The notes under the pieces are model-generated. The model had not been told where the DNA came from, made no database searches, and saw nothing but the letters and a program-made list of their open reading frames with translations. A stretch of 64,000 nt of DNA. Origin: an uncultured Alphaproteobacteria bacterium (lineage in GTDB: Bacteria; Pseudomonadota; Alphaproteobacteria; Acetobacterales; Acetobacteraceae). Numbering within the stretch: position 1 is the first letter of the stretch; each line of letters opens with the position of its first letter. Shown in pieces: positions 30,126 through 39,958 of the stretch. The translations under genes were made by a program, and so were the position numbers. Location: positions 1 through 64,000 of the forward strand of contig CAVWFK010000036.1 in NCBI GenBank assembly GCA_963754235.1, given 5' to 3'.

Positions 30126-30399
30126 TAAAACCCGTGGGCAACTCCGTTGCAATATGCATCGTCATGTATGGACGGCCCCCGTCTGGCAAGGAGGTTTTGG
30201 CGGCGCTGGCGATTGGTCTGGAGCGGTCATGTATTCGGCCTGTTGCTGCGGTCGAATGCTGACCGCTGGCCCCGATGGGTTACGCGGGCCGGGTTCCAAG
30301 CATCGCGGCGCGCTGTGGGGCGCGATGACGAGACGGAGTGTCCCGGTCCAGGTCCTGACCATTTTGCCGTCGCTGCCTTCTGCTCCTTGCTGGGTCACT

Positions 30400-31760
30400 G
30401 GCTGCTCTTCAGGCGAGCGGCCAGAAAGGGGAAGGTTTCTTGGTTTGGCTGCTGCGGGGCGTTCCTTCGTCCCGGCCTTCGTCCCGGCCTGTGTGGTTGC
30501 GGGCGCCGCGCGCAGCGGCGGTCAAGGGGGGCCGGAGGCCCCCGCCGCAGGCGGCGCGCAGCGCCCTTGACGGCCGCGAGCACGGCACCACGCTGGAGTG
30601 GGCCGCAGCTGCGGCCATCATTGCGCCACCTGTGCCGCGGGGCGGCGATAGGTCTCACCGGAGATCAGCATCGCCCAGGCGATGCGGGCGGTTTTCGCCG
30701 CCTGCGCCAAGACCACGACCTTCACCGGCCGGCGAGCCAGGATGCCGCGCTGCCAGGCGGTGGCGCGATCGGTGCGGCTGCGGGCATAGCGCATGATCGT
30801 GCTGGCGCCGAGGGCCAACAGCTTGCGCAGCCGGATGTCGCCCTGGCGGCTGATGCCGCTCGCGCGCCGCTTGCCCGCACTCGAATGCTCAAGCGGTGTC
30901 AGGCCGCACCAGGCGGCGAAGTCGCGGGCGCTGCGGAACTGCCGACCGTCGCCGATTGCGGTGACGATGGCGTGGGCGGTGATCGGGCCAACGCCGGGGA
31001 TGGTGGCCAGCCGGCGCATCACCGGGTGCTCGCGGGCGGCCGCGACGATGCGTTCCTCCAGCGCCGCAATGTCGCGCTGCAACCTCTCGATGGTCTTCAC
31101 CATGATGCGCAGCGGCACCCGAAGCGGCTCCGGGATCGCAACCTCCGCCGTGTCGTCGACCCGCCGCGCCAGCTCGGCAAAGCCCCGCCGGCCCTGGGCG
31201 GCGATGATGCCGAACTCGGCCAGCAGGCTGCGCGCGCAGTTCGTCAGCTGGGTCTGCTGCTTCAGCAGCAGATCGCGCGCGCGTTCCAGGCCACGCGCGG
31301 CCTGCTGCTCGATGCTCTTGATCGGCACGAAGCGCATGTTCGGCCGGCACACCGCCGCGCAGATGGCTTCGGCATCACGCGCGTCGTTCTTGTTGCGCCT
31401 GACGAAGGGCTTCACATAGGCGGCCGGGATCAGCCGCACCTCATGGCCGAGCGCCCGCAGCTGGCGCGCCCAGTAATGCGCGCTGCCGCAGGCCTCGATC
31501 CCCACCAGGGCGGGCGACTGCTTGGTGAAGAACGGCTCGACCTGGGTCCGGCGCAGCTTCTTCTGCTCGATCACCTTGCCGGTGCTGTCGGCCACATGCA
31601 CCTGGAACACAGACTTGGCGATATCCAGGCCGATTATGGTAGCGTTCATGACGGACGGTCTCCGTTGCTGGTTGGTCAAACCCCAGCTTGGCACATAGAT
31701 GCCGTCAGGGGGCCGTCCACCCAGCATCGCGAGGCGCGCTGCGCCGTGGCGATCCAGGCG
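30400..31760 (-). mobile_element. IS110-family insertion sequence (boundaries approximate)
   Basis: Contains the IS110 transposase gene. Inserted in the phnM / DUF1045-gene spacer. No obvious terminal inverted repeats, as is typical of IS110. Confidence 0.6.
30618..31649 (-). CDS. IS110 family transposase
   Basis: 'MNATIIGLDIAKSVFQVHV..' DEDD N-domain, C-terminal '..CGLTPLEHSSAGKRR..'. Confidence 0.85.
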   Translation of the reverse strand: MNATIIGLDIAKSVFQVHVADSTGKVIEQKKLRRTQVEPFFTKQSPALVGIEACGSAHYWARQLRALGHEVRLIPAAYVKPFVRRNKNDARDAEAICAAVCRPNMRFVPIKSIEQQAARGLERARDLLLKQQTQLTNCARSLLAEFGIIAAQGRRGFAELARRVDDTAEVAIPEPLRVPLRIMVKTIERLQRDIAALEERIVAAAREHPVMRRLATIPGVGPITAHAIVTAIGDGRQFRSARDFAAWCGLTPLEHSSAGKRRASGISRQGDIRLRKLLALGASTIMRYARSRTDRATAWQRGILARRPVKVVVLAQAAKTARIAWAMLISGETYRRPAAQVAQ

Positions 31761-31813
31761 GGCCGCTCCGTGCCTCCCGCCTGGATCGCCACGCCGCCCA
31801 GCGGCGGCTCGCG

Positions 31814-32512
31814 ATGACGGCTGCGCCAGGTCCCGTTCTGTCTAGGGTCGCGCTCTACTGGGCGCCGGCGGCCGACGATCCGCTGTGGCGTGCGGGCAAT
31901 ACATGGCTCGGCCGCGACCCCGAGACCGCCGATCGCCTGCTTCCTCCCGACCTGCCCGGCATCGCGGGCCTGACCGAAGCGCCGCGGCGCTATGGCTTCC
32001 ACGCGACGCTGAAGCCGCCGATGCGCCTCGCCGGATCGTGGCAGGCGTTCCGCCGCGACGCGGCGATGCTCGCCGCGCGCACCGCCGCCTTCCCGATGCC
32101 GCCGCTCGCGGTCGCCGACCTCGCCGGCTTCCTGGCGTTGCGCGAGGCGGCACCCTGCCCGGCGCTGCACGCCTTCGCCGATGCCTGCGTCGCAGCACTC
32201 GACGCGCACCGCGCGCCGCTTGACCCTGCCGAGCAGGCAGACCGGCGCGCGGCCGGCCTGTCGGCGGCGGAGGAGGCAAATCTGCTGCGCTGGGGCTATC
32301 CTTACGTATTCGATACGTTCCGCTTCCACGCGACACTCACCCGCCGGCTGAGTGCGGAAGAGCAGGCGTGGGTCGCCCCCGCCGCCCGCGCGCATTTCGC
32401 CGCCGCGCTCGCTGCCGATCGCCGGGTCACCGAACTCTGCCTGTTCACCGAGGCGGCCCCCGGTGCGCCGTTCATGCTGGCAGAGCGGCTGCCGCTAGCC
32501 GGTTCAGGATAG
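31814..32512 (+). CDS. DUF1045 (2H-phosphoesterase-like) putative phosphonate metabolism protein
   Basis: '..YWAPAADDPLWRAGNTWLGRD..FHATLKPP..FHATLTRR' two H-x-T-x motifs. Confidence 0.75.
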   Translation: MTAAPGPVLSRVALYWAPAADDPLWRAGNTWLGRDPETADRLLPPDLPGIAGLTEAPRRYGFHATLKPPMRLAGSWQAFRRDAAMLAARTAAFPMPPLAVADLAGFLALREAAPCPALHAFADACVAALDAHRAPLDPAEQADRRAAGLSAAEEANLLRWGYPYVFDTFRFHATLTRRLSAEEQAWVAPAARAHFAAALAADRRVTELCLFTEAAPGAPFMLAERLPLAGSG

Positions 32513-33020
32513 CGACCAGCCTGCGCCCGCCCTGCTCGATCGTGCCGTCGTTCATGATCGTGTCGCGCGGCAGGCCCTCGGGCAGCTTGACGGTGCGCGC
32601 CAGACGCGCGGCGACCGCAACCGCCTCGTCGCGCCCGCGCGCGGCCATGCGGCGTGCCAGCACGTCCGGCGGCGCGGTGACCTCCACCACGTGCAGCGGA
32701 TAGCGCGAGCCGGCCTCGGCCAGCACGGTGCGCGACACGCTGGCGACGACGATCTTCCCCTCCGCCAGCCGCAGCCCGATCTCGGCGGGCACGCCGTACA
32801 TCAGCCCGTGCGCACGCCAGGAGAGGGCGAAGGCGCCGGCATTCTGCCGCGTCACGAACGTCTTCTCGTCGATCGTCTCGTGGTCCTCGCCCTCCAGCGG
32901 CGGGCGGGTCACGGCGCGGCGGACGAAATAGAACCGCTCCTGCGCGCCAAGCGCCGTCCGGGCGGCATTGATCAGCGTGTCCTTGCCCGAGCCGGAAGGC
33001 CCGACCACCGCCACCAGCAT
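32472..33020 (-). CDS. phnN: ribose 1,5-bisphosphokinase PhnN
   Basis: 'MLVAVVGPSGSGKDTLI..'. Confidence 0.85.
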   Translation of the reverse strand: MLVAVVGPSGSGKDTLINAARTALGAQERFYFVRRAVTRPPLEGEDHETIDEKTFVTRQNAGAFALSWRAHGLMYGVPAEIGLRLAEGKIVVASVSRTVLAEAGSRYPLHVVEVTAPPDVLARRMAARGRDEAVAVAARLARTVKLPEGLPRDTIMNDGTIEQGGRRLVAILNRLAAAALPA

Positions 33021-33089
33021 CCCGCCTCCTCTTATTGACGCGGCGAAGCTTGCGCGTAGCCTGTTGCTCGCGCAACGGGAGCACACGCG

Positions 33090-34868
33090 ATGTTCACTAC
33101 CCGTCCGGAAATTGCCGGCACCTTCGGCGTCGTCGCCAGCACGCACTGGATCGCGAGCCAGACCGGCATGGCGGTGCTGGAACGCGGCGGCAACGCATTC
33201 GACGCCGCGGTGGCGACGGCGTTCGTGCTGCAGGTCGCCGAGCCGCACCTGAACGGGCCGGGCGGCGACGCGCCGATCATCATCCACGACGCCCGCGCGG
33301 GCGAGCAGCGGGTGATCTGCGGCCAGGGCGTCGCCCCGGAGGCGGCGACGATCAGGCACTTCGAGGAACTCGGCCTCGACCTCGTGCCCGGCACCGGACT
33401 GCTGCCGGCCGTGGTGCCCGGCGCGTTCGACGCCTGGTGCCTGCTGCTGCGCGACTGGGGCAGTTGGGAACTGGCCGACGTGCTGGCGTACGCGATCGGC
33501 TACGCGCGGCGGGGCATTCACATCGTCGCGCGCATCTCCGCCACCATCGAGGGCGTGCGCCCGCTGTTCGAGGCGGAATGGAAGTCGAGCCGCGACGTGT
33601 TTCTTCCCGGCGGCGCGGTGCCCGCACCGGGGAGCCTGTTCGCGCGCCCGGCGCTGGCCGACACCTGGGAACGCCTCTGCCGCGAGGCCGTGGGCGGCTC
33701 GCGCGAGGCCCGGATCGATGCGGCGCGCGACGCCTGGAATCGCGGCTTCGTCGCCGAGGCGATCGGGCGCTTCTACCAGGGCACCGAAGTGCTCGACACC
33801 TCGGGCCGCCGCCATCGCGGGCTGCTCGCGGCCGACGACCTCGCGCGCTGGCACGCGACGGTGGAAGCGCCGCTGGCGTACCAATACGGCGCGCACACGG
33901 TGCTGAAATGCGGGCCGTGGAGCCAGGGGCCGGTGTTCTTGCAGCAACTGGCGCTGCTGCGCGGCTGCGATCTGGGCGGCATGGACCCGGTCGGCGCCGA
34001 GTTCGTCCACACCATCGTCGAATGCGCCAAGCTCGCCTATGCCGATCGCGAGGCCTATTACGGCGACCCCGATTTCGTGCGCGTGCCGATGGAGGCGCTG
34101 CTGTCGGCGGAATACAACGACACGCGGCGTGCGCTTGTTGGCGCGAAGGCATCGCTGGCGCTGCGCCCCGGCAAGCTTCCCGGCTTCGATCCCTGGGTCG
34201 ATCACGAAGCGGCGTCGCGCGCCGACTACGCGACGCGCGCGGCCGGAGCGGGCGAGCCGACCATTGCGCGCCTGGGCTTGATGGGCGCTGATACCTGCCA
34301 CCTCGACGTGATCGACCGGCACGGCAACATGGTGAGTGCGACACCCTCGGGCGGGTGGCTGCATTCCTCGCCGGTGGTGCCGGAGCTTGGTTTCTGCATC
34401 ACCACGCGCGGGCAGATGTTCTGGCTGCGCGACGGCGTGCCGAGCAGCCTCGCGCCGCGCAAGCGGCCGCGCACCACGCTCACGCCCAGCATGGCGCTGC
34501 GCGACGGCGTGCCGTGGATGGCGTTCGGCACGCCGGGCGGCGACCAGCAGGATCAGTGGTCGCTCGTTTTCTTTGCCCGCATGGTGCATCACAATATGAC
34601 GATCCAGCAGGCGATCGACGCGCCGAGCTTCCATTCCGAGCACTGGCCGAGCAGTTTTTGGCCGCGCGCCGCCTATCCCGGCAAGCTGGTGCTGGAAGCG
34701 CGCTTTCCGCGCACCGTGGTCGAGGAGTTGCGCGCGCGCGGCCATCGCGCCGAGCTGGGTGAGGAGTGGTCCGAAGGGCGCCTGTCGGCCGCGCGCACCG
34801 AGCCGGACGGCCAGATGTTCGCCGGCGCCAACGCCCGCGGGATGCAGGGCTACGCGGTGGGGCGGTGA
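33090..34868 (+). CDS. gamma-glutamyltransferase family protein
   Basis: 592 aa '..TTHWIASQTGMAVLERGGNAFDAAVA..' Ntn-hydrolase GGT. Confidence 0.85.
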   Translation: MFTTRPEIAGTFGVVASTHWIASQTGMAVLERGGNAFDAAVATAFVLQVAEPHLNGPGGDAPIIIHDARAGEQRVICGQGVAPEAATIRHFEELGLDLVPGTGLLPAVVPGAFDAWCLLLRDWGSWELADVLAYAIGYARRGIHIVARISATIEGVRPLFEAEWKSSRDVFLPGGAVPAPGSLFARPALADTWERLCREAVGGSREARIDAARDAWNRGFVAEAIGRFYQGTEVLDTSGRRHRGLLAADDLARWHATVEAPLAYQYGAHTVLKCGPWSQGPVFLQQLALLRGCDLGGMDPVGAEFVHTIVECAKLAYADREAYYGDPDFVRVPMEALLSAEYNDTRRALVGAKASLALRPGKLPGFDPWVDHEAASRADYATRAAGAGEPTIARLGLMGADTCHLDVIDRHGNMVSATPSGGWLHSSPVVPELGFCITTRGQMFWLRDGVPSSLAPRKRPRTTLTPSMALRDGVPWMAFGTPGGDQQDQWSLVFFARMVHHNMTIQQAIDAPSFHSEHWPSSFWPRAAYPGKLVLEARFPRTVVEELRARGHRAELGEEWSEGRLSAARTEPDGQMFAGANARGMQGYAVGR

Positions 34869-34904
34869 TGGGCCTCGTGCCTCGGATGGCAGCAATGCGG
34901 CGTT

Positions 34905-35214
34905 TTGGCATGGGAAAAGATCGTGAAGCCCTCAGCCGCCCTTGACCTCAAGCGAGTCGCCGTACGCGAAGCTGCGAGCCGGTTTCGTGTCGCGAATCCG
35001 CGCGTATTCGGCTCGGGTACTGCACGGAACCGACACGGACGGTGGCGATCTCGATCTGTTGGTGGATGCGTTGCCGGGAGCGACCCTGTTCGATCTTGGT
35101 GGCCTGCAAGTCGAGCTCGAAGAATTGCTGGGCGTTTCCGTCGATCTGGTGACGCCGGGGGATTTGCCGGTCAAATTCCGCGATCAAGTTCTTGCGGAGG
35201 CGAGGCCGGTGTGA
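34905..35214 (+). pseudogene. MNT (minimal nucleotidyltransferase, MntA-like) antitoxin, frameshifted
   Basis: '..RVFGSGTAR' (ORF 34905..) and 'GTDTDGGDLDLLVD..LGVSVDLV..' (ORF 34942..) lie in adjacent frames. Together they would give the NTase signature hGS..D.D. Confidence 0.5.
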
Positions 35215-35217
35215 AGC

Positions 35218-35592
35218 ATGAACCGCCTGCCCGACTACCTCGCCCACATCCAGCAAGCGGCGTCGGACGCGTGCAGCTTTGTCGAGGGACTGCATAAGGA
35301 AGAGTTCTTCGCCGACAAGCGCACGCAAAAGGCTGTCGTCATGAGCCTGGTCATTGTGGGCGAGGCCGCGACGAAGGTAATGGCTCGTTATCCCGAATTC
35401 GTAGCGAGGCACTCCGAAGTACCATGGCGTAGCATGCGCGGGATGCGCAACCGCGTTGCGCACGGCTACTTCGACATCGACCTCGAGGTGGTTTGGGACA
35501 CGGTGCAGACCGCTGCGCCCGAGCTGCTCGATCGTCTGGCTGCCATTCGTCATGACGCCGAGTCCCATATTGAAAGTAGGGGCTACGAGTGA
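35218..35592 (+). CDS. hepT: HepT-like (DUF86/HEPN) ribonuclease toxin
   Basis: '..MRGMRNRVAHGYFDIDLEVVW..' Rx4HxY motif. Confidence 0.8.
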   Translation: MNRLPDYLAHIQQAASDACSFVEGLHKEEFFADKRTQKAVVMSLVIVGEAATKVMARYPEFVARHSEVPWRSMRGMRNRVAHGYFDIDLEVVWDTVQTAAPELLDRLAAIRHDAESHIESRGYE

Positions 35593-35644
35593 GCACGCGC
35601 CCCACCCTGCCGTTGTGGCTGCACCCGAACCGGCTGGTCGCGCG

Positions 35645-37420
35645 CTACCGCTTCGGCTTCTCCGCCGCGATCCGCCCTGGCAGCGGATGCCCGGGCGGCG
35701 GCATCCGCCTCGGCTTGGGCGCAGGCCGCGCCGGCGCCTTGCCGGCACGCAACTGCGCGATCGTGATCCGCGACGTGATCTGCTCGGGATCCGTCGCCAG
35801 CTCGATCACCGCCGGCCGGCCGCTCGCGACCGCGCGGGCGAAGGCAGGCGCAAACTCCGCCGTCTCGGTCACGCTCTCGCCGTGGCCCCCGAACGCCTCG
35901 ATGAGCCGGCCAAAATCGGGGTTGGTGAGCGAGGTGCCGGAGACGCGGCCGGGATAGTCGCGCTCCTGGTGCATCCGGATCGTGCCGTACATCTGGTTGT
36001 TGAACACCAGCACGATCGGCGCCACGCCGTGATGAAAGGCGGTTGCGATCTCCTGCCCGGTCATCAGGAAGCCGCCGTCGCCGACGAAGCAGACCACCTG
36101 CCGGTGCGGATACGCGATCTTCGCTCCTACCGCCGCCGGCACGCCGTAGCCCATCGCCCCGTTGCACGGCCCGATGTAGCGCTGATGCTCGGAGAAGTGC
36201 ATGAACCGCGTCGCCCAGGTGGCGAAATTGCCCGCATCCGTCGTAAAGATCGCATCCGGTGCCGCCATCTCCTCGAGCGTGCGCAAGCATCGCGCCACGT
36301 TCAGCTTGCCCTCGTACTCCGGCACCGCATGTTCGGCCTCGCGCAGCGCCCGCAGATCGGCGGTCCACTCCGCCCACACTGGCGGCGCGTCGGGTGCCCA
36401 GTCGCGCACCGCCGCCGCAAACGCATCGAGATCGGTCGGGATGCCGAGCGCCACGCGGAACACGCGCCCGATCTCGGCACCATCCGGATAGACATGAATG
36501 ATCGGGGTTTCGCCCGCGAGATCGAACAGCGTGTAGCCCTGCGTCACCGCCTCCGGCAGCCGCGAGCCGATCGCGAGCACCAGATCGGCCTCGCGCACGC
36601 GCTCGACCAGCGCGGGGTCGCAACCGACACCGAGATCGCCCACGAAATTCTCGGCGGTGCCGTCATAGAGCGCCTGGCGCCGGAAGCCGACCGCGACCGG
36701 CAACTGCCAGGCGCGCAGGAACGCGGCGATACCGGCGCGCGCCGCCGCACTCCACACCGATCCGCCGAGCATCGCGAGCGGCCGTTGCGCGCGGCCCAGC
36801 ATCGCGCGCATCCGCGCCAGCGCCGCCGGATCGGGATGCGGGCGGGCGACGTCGCAGGGACGCAAATCCGGCACCTCGACCACGTCGCGCTGCATTTCCT
36901 CCGACAACGCAATCACCACCGGGCCGGGCCGTCCGGTGGTCGCGACGTCGGCCGCGTGGGCCACCATCTCGGGGATGCGGCGCGCGTCATCGATCTGTGT
37001 GACCCACTTCGCGAGCGGGCCGAACATCCGGCGGTAGTCGATCTCCTGGAAGCTGTCGCGGTCGGTCTCCTCGAACGGGATCTGGCCCACGAACAGCAGC
37101 AGCGGCGTTGAATCCTGGGCCGCGATGTGCACGCCGATCGCGCCGTGGCAGGCGCCGGGTCCGCGCGTGACCATCGCCGCGGCGGGCCGGCCCGAGAGCT
37201 TGCCGAACGCTTCTGCCATGTTCACGGCACCCGCCTCGAAACGGCACGTCACCAGCTTCAGCCGGTCGCGCACCGCGTAGAGGCCGTCGAGCACGTCGAG
37301 ATAGCTCTCGCCCGGCACCGCGAACACGTGGTCGATCCCTTGCGCCACCAGCGCATCGGCCAAAGCGCGTCCGCCGGTGCGCGGCTGCGTGCGCAGCTTG
37401 CGGGCCTGCGCGAGTTCCAT
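35645..37420 (-). CDS. thiamine-pyrophosphate enzyme (acetolactate synthase large-subunit-like)
   Basis: 591 aa, 'GDGGF' TPP motif. Confidence 0.8.
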   Translation of the reverse strand: MELAQARKLRTQPRTGGRALADALVAQGIDHVFAVPGESYLDVLDGLYAVRDRLKLVTCRFEAGAVNMAEAFGKLSGRPAAAMVTRGPGACHGAIGVHIAAQDSTPLLLFVGQIPFEETDRDSFQEIDYRRMFGPLAKWVTQIDDARRIPEMVAHAADVATTGRPGPVVIALSEEMQRDVVEVPDLRPCDVARPHPDPAALARMRAMLGRAQRPLAMLGGSVWSAAARAGIAAFLRAWQLPVAVGFRRQALYDGTAENFVGDLGVGCDPALVERVREADLVLAIGSRLPEAVTQGYTLFDLAGETPIIHVYPDGAEIGRVFRVALGIPTDLDAFAAAVRDWAPDAPPVWAEWTADLRALREAEHAVPEYEGKLNVARCLRTLEEMAAPDAIFTTDAGNFATWATRFMHFSEHQRYIGPCNGAMGYGVPAAVGAKIAYPHRQVVCFVGDGGFLMTGQEIATAFHHGVAPIVLVFNNQMYGTIRMHQERDYPGRVSGTSLTNPDFGRLIEAFGGHGESVTETAEFAPAFARAVASGRPAVIELATDPEQITSRITIAQLRAGKAPARPAPKPRRMPPPGHPLPGRIAAEKPKR

Positions 37421-37485
37421 GTCTGTCTCCCCGATCGCGCGCGCAGCTTACGCAGCGATGGGCGAGACCGAAAGGGCGGGTGGCC

Positions 37486-38358
37486 TCAGGCCTGCGCGGG
37501 CGTGGCTCGGAATGCGCCCGCCATCTCGGCAAGAAACCGGTTCATCGTGATCGGCTTGCGGCCGAGCAGTCGCTCGAGCAGGTCGTCAACCTCGCCCCCC
37601 TTGCCGCCCGTGTAGTACTCCTGCAGTTCGAGCAGTGCGGCAACCAGCCACTCCGGCATTCCCTGATCGCGCATCGCCTGCCGCTGCGCTTCCTCGGGGA
37701 TGTCCACATAGCGGGCCGCGACCCCCGTCTGGCGGGTGATTTTCTCCGCAATTTCCGTGCAGGTCAGTGCCTCCGGCCCGTTCAGTTCATAGGTCTCGCC
37801 GTAATGTCCGCTGCCGCGCAGCGCGTCCGCCGCCACCTTGGCGATGTCGCGCACGTCCAGATAGCTGATCCGCGCATTCCCCATCGCGACGTAGAACGCA
37901 CCCTGCGCGCGGACGCTCGGCGCATAGTAGGCGACGACATTCTGCATGAAGCTGTTGGGCCGCAGGATGCAATGCGCCATCGACCGCGCGGCCCTCAGCC
38001 TGTCCTCGACCTGCCGGTGCCAGCTCGGGAACGACTTGCCGTAATCTCCCGCGCCCAGGGCCGAATTGAGCACGATCCGCTGCACGCCGGCCGCTTCACT
38101 CGCGCTGATCACGTTGCTTTCCAGTGCCACCAGCTCCGGGACTGGCGAGCACACCAGATAGACGCTCACGATGCCGCGCAGCGCGGCCGCAAGGCTGGCC
38201 GGGTCCGCGAAATCGGCGATGACCGTCTCCGTCCCGCTCGGTGCCTTCGCCGCCTCCGCGGCGGAGCGGTACAGGGCGCGATGTGGCGCGCCGCTCTGTG
38301 CTACTTCCGCCAGCACCGCGCCGCCCACGGTGCCACTCGCTCCGGTGACCAGAATCAT
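37486..38358 (-). CDS. NmrA-family NAD(P)-binding protein
   Basis: 'MILVTGASGTVGGAV..'. Confidence 0.7.
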   Translation of the reverse strand: MILVTGASGTVGGAVLAEVAQSGAPHRALYRSAAEAAKAPSGTETVIADFADPASLAAALRGIVSVYLVCSPVPELVALESNVISASEAAGVQRIVLNSALGAGDYGKSFPSWHRQVEDRLRAARSMAHCILRPNSFMQNVVAYYAPSVRAQGAFYVAMGNARISYLDVRDIAKVAADALRGSGHYGETYELNGPEALTCTEIAEKITRQTGVAARYVDIPEEAQRQAMRDQGMPEWLVAALLELQEYYTGGKGGEVDDLLERLLGRKPITMNRFLAEMAGAFRATPAQA

Positions 38359-38557
38359 GGTGACTGTCCCCGCAATCGGCGCCCGGCGGACCCCGCCGAA
38401 CGGCCTGATGTCCCCCTGCGCCGGATGCTCTCTCGCGCCGACCGGAAGAACGTACAACTTGACGACCGGCGGTAGCCAGCCGGCCGTTTGCCCGGCGGCG
38501 GCTTGCGCGCACGCACCGGCTGGGCTTCCCTCGGCGTGCGGCGAAGCGGAAGGGCGG

Positions 38558-39295
38558 ATGGGGCTGATCTTTCTCGGCGATGACCGGATCGCGATCGGCG
38601 ATATGACGCTGCGCTACACCCCCTCCGGCGCGGGCGGCACGCCGGATGCGCCGGTGCTGGTCAAGGATCGCGCCTTCATCGAGACCTATCAGGAGCTGCT
38701 CGCACCGCACGCGCCGCGGCGGATGCTCGAATTCGGCATCGGCGAGGGCGGCAGCGCGCTGTTCCACACCGAGCTCTTTGGCCTCGATCGGTTCGTGGGC
38801 GTGGATATATCCGAACCCTCCCCCGGCTTCGAGGAGCTGCTGGCGCGACGGCACCTGCGCGCGCGCATCCGCCCGTACTGGACCACATCGCAGGACGATG
38901 CCGCGCGGCTGCGCATGATCGTCATGCGCGAGTTCCCCGACGGGTTGCCGGACGTGGTGATCGACGACGCCTCGCATCTCTACGGCCCGTCCCGCCGCAG
39001 CTTCGAGATCGCGTTTCCGTTCCTGCGCAAGGGCGGCCTCTACATCATCGAGGACTGGGCCTGGGCGCACTGGGTGCACACGCAGAGCCCGGACAGCGGC
39101 TGGGACCGCGAGCTGGCGCTGACCAACCTCATTTTCGAGCTGGTGATGCTGCTGCCCTCGACCGATCTGGTGCGGCGGGTCGAAGTGCGGCAAGGTCTGG
39201 TGCTGATCGAGAAGTCGGACGCGGATTTCGACTGGGCGCGATTCCGGCTGGATGATCTGATCCGCAGCCGGGGAAGGCGGCCGAGCCCGATATGA
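38558..39295 (+). CDS. class I SAM-dependent methyltransferase-like protein
   Basis: '..MLEFGIGEGGSALFH..VGVDISE..LYIIEDW'. Confidence 0.65.
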   Translation: MGLIFLGDDRIAIGDMTLRYTPSGAGGTPDAPVLVKDRAFIETYQELLAPHAPRRMLEFGIGEGGSALFHTELFGLDRFVGVDISEPSPGFEELLARRHLRARIRPYWTTSQDDAARLRMIVMREFPDGLPDVVIDDASHLYGPSRRSFEIAFPFLRKGGLYIIEDWAWAHWVHTQSPDSGWDRELALTNLIFELVMLLPSTDLVRRVEVRQGLVLIEKSDADFDWARFRLDDLIRSRGRRPSPI

Positions 39296-39339
39296 CATCA
39301 ACGGCCCTTGATCCCTTGGCAGTGCCGCGGTTGCCCCCA

Positions 39340-39428
39340 TCGTCATGCTCGGAAGGCCGAGCATCCACGACTTTGCGGCCGCGCGAAAGACGTGGATGGT
39401 CGGCCTTCGCCGACCATGACGGGTTGGT
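39340..39428. repeat. MITE/REP-like element copy D (short form, inverted orientation)
   Basis: 'GTCATGCTCGGAAGGCCGAGCATCCACGACTTTGCGGCCGCGCGAAAGACGTGGATGGTCGGCCTTCGCCGACCATGACGG'. Confidence 0.6.
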
Positions 39429-39454
39429 AACGGTCATCACCTAAGGCAGCCGCT

Positions 39455-39709
39455 ATGAGAGCGATCTTCATTCAAATCAAATGCGAAATGGGTCACGCGT
39501 ATCGCGTGGCCACCCTCGCGCGCGACACGATCGAGGAACTCTCCGAGATCTACTCGACCTCGGGCCAGTACGACCTGCTCGGCAAGTTCTATCTCGAACC
39601 CGAGCAGGACACCGGGCTGTTCGTCACCGAGAAGGTGCAGACGCTGCCGGGCGTGAAGGACACCTACACGCTGATCACCTTCAACGCCTTCACCGCCCCG
39701 GCGGGCTAG
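39455..39709 (+). CDS. stand-alone Lrp/AsnC-type ligand-binding (RAM) domain protein
   Basis: 84 aa. Confidence 0.65.
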   Translation: MRAIFIQIKCEMGHAYRVATLARDTIEELSEIYSTSGQYDLLGKFYLEPEQDTGLFVTEKVQTLPGVKDTYTLITFNAFTAPAG

Positions 39710-39732
39710 TATCCCGTTTCCGAAATTCCCCG

Positions 39733-39826
39733 TCATTGCGAGGAGCGGAGCGACGAAGCAATCCAGTGCGGTGCCGCGCGCAAGGCCCTGGATTGCTTCG
39801 CTTCGCTCGCAATGACGGGAATTGTC
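39733..39826. terminator. long near-perfect inverted repeat / hairpin
   Basis: 'CCGTCATTGCGAGGAGCGGAGCGACGAAGCAATCCAG' ... 'CTGGATTGCTTCGCTTCGCTCGCAATGACGG'. Confidence 0.4.
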
Positions 39827-39958
39827 ACGTCAACGAATTTCTGAACCAGGACACCAGCCGCCTCTCTCGCTCCTCGCGGTGATCCTTGACCGGACGCAGC
39901 GGTGGTGTTAGAGTTCCTAACGGAAACCGCACCCGCGGTCACGTTCAAGGAGCGACAC

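Noticed and set aside
30147-31817. 556-aa plus-strand ORF spanning the IS110 region
   Set aside because: Antisense to a clear IS110 transposase. Low-complexity Arg/Gly-rich.
34942-35214. 90-aa ORF annotated alone as the MNT gene
   Set aside because: It lacks the N-terminal GS motif that lies in the adjacent frame (ORF 34905..). It is treated as part of a frameshifted MNT rather than an intact short antitoxin.
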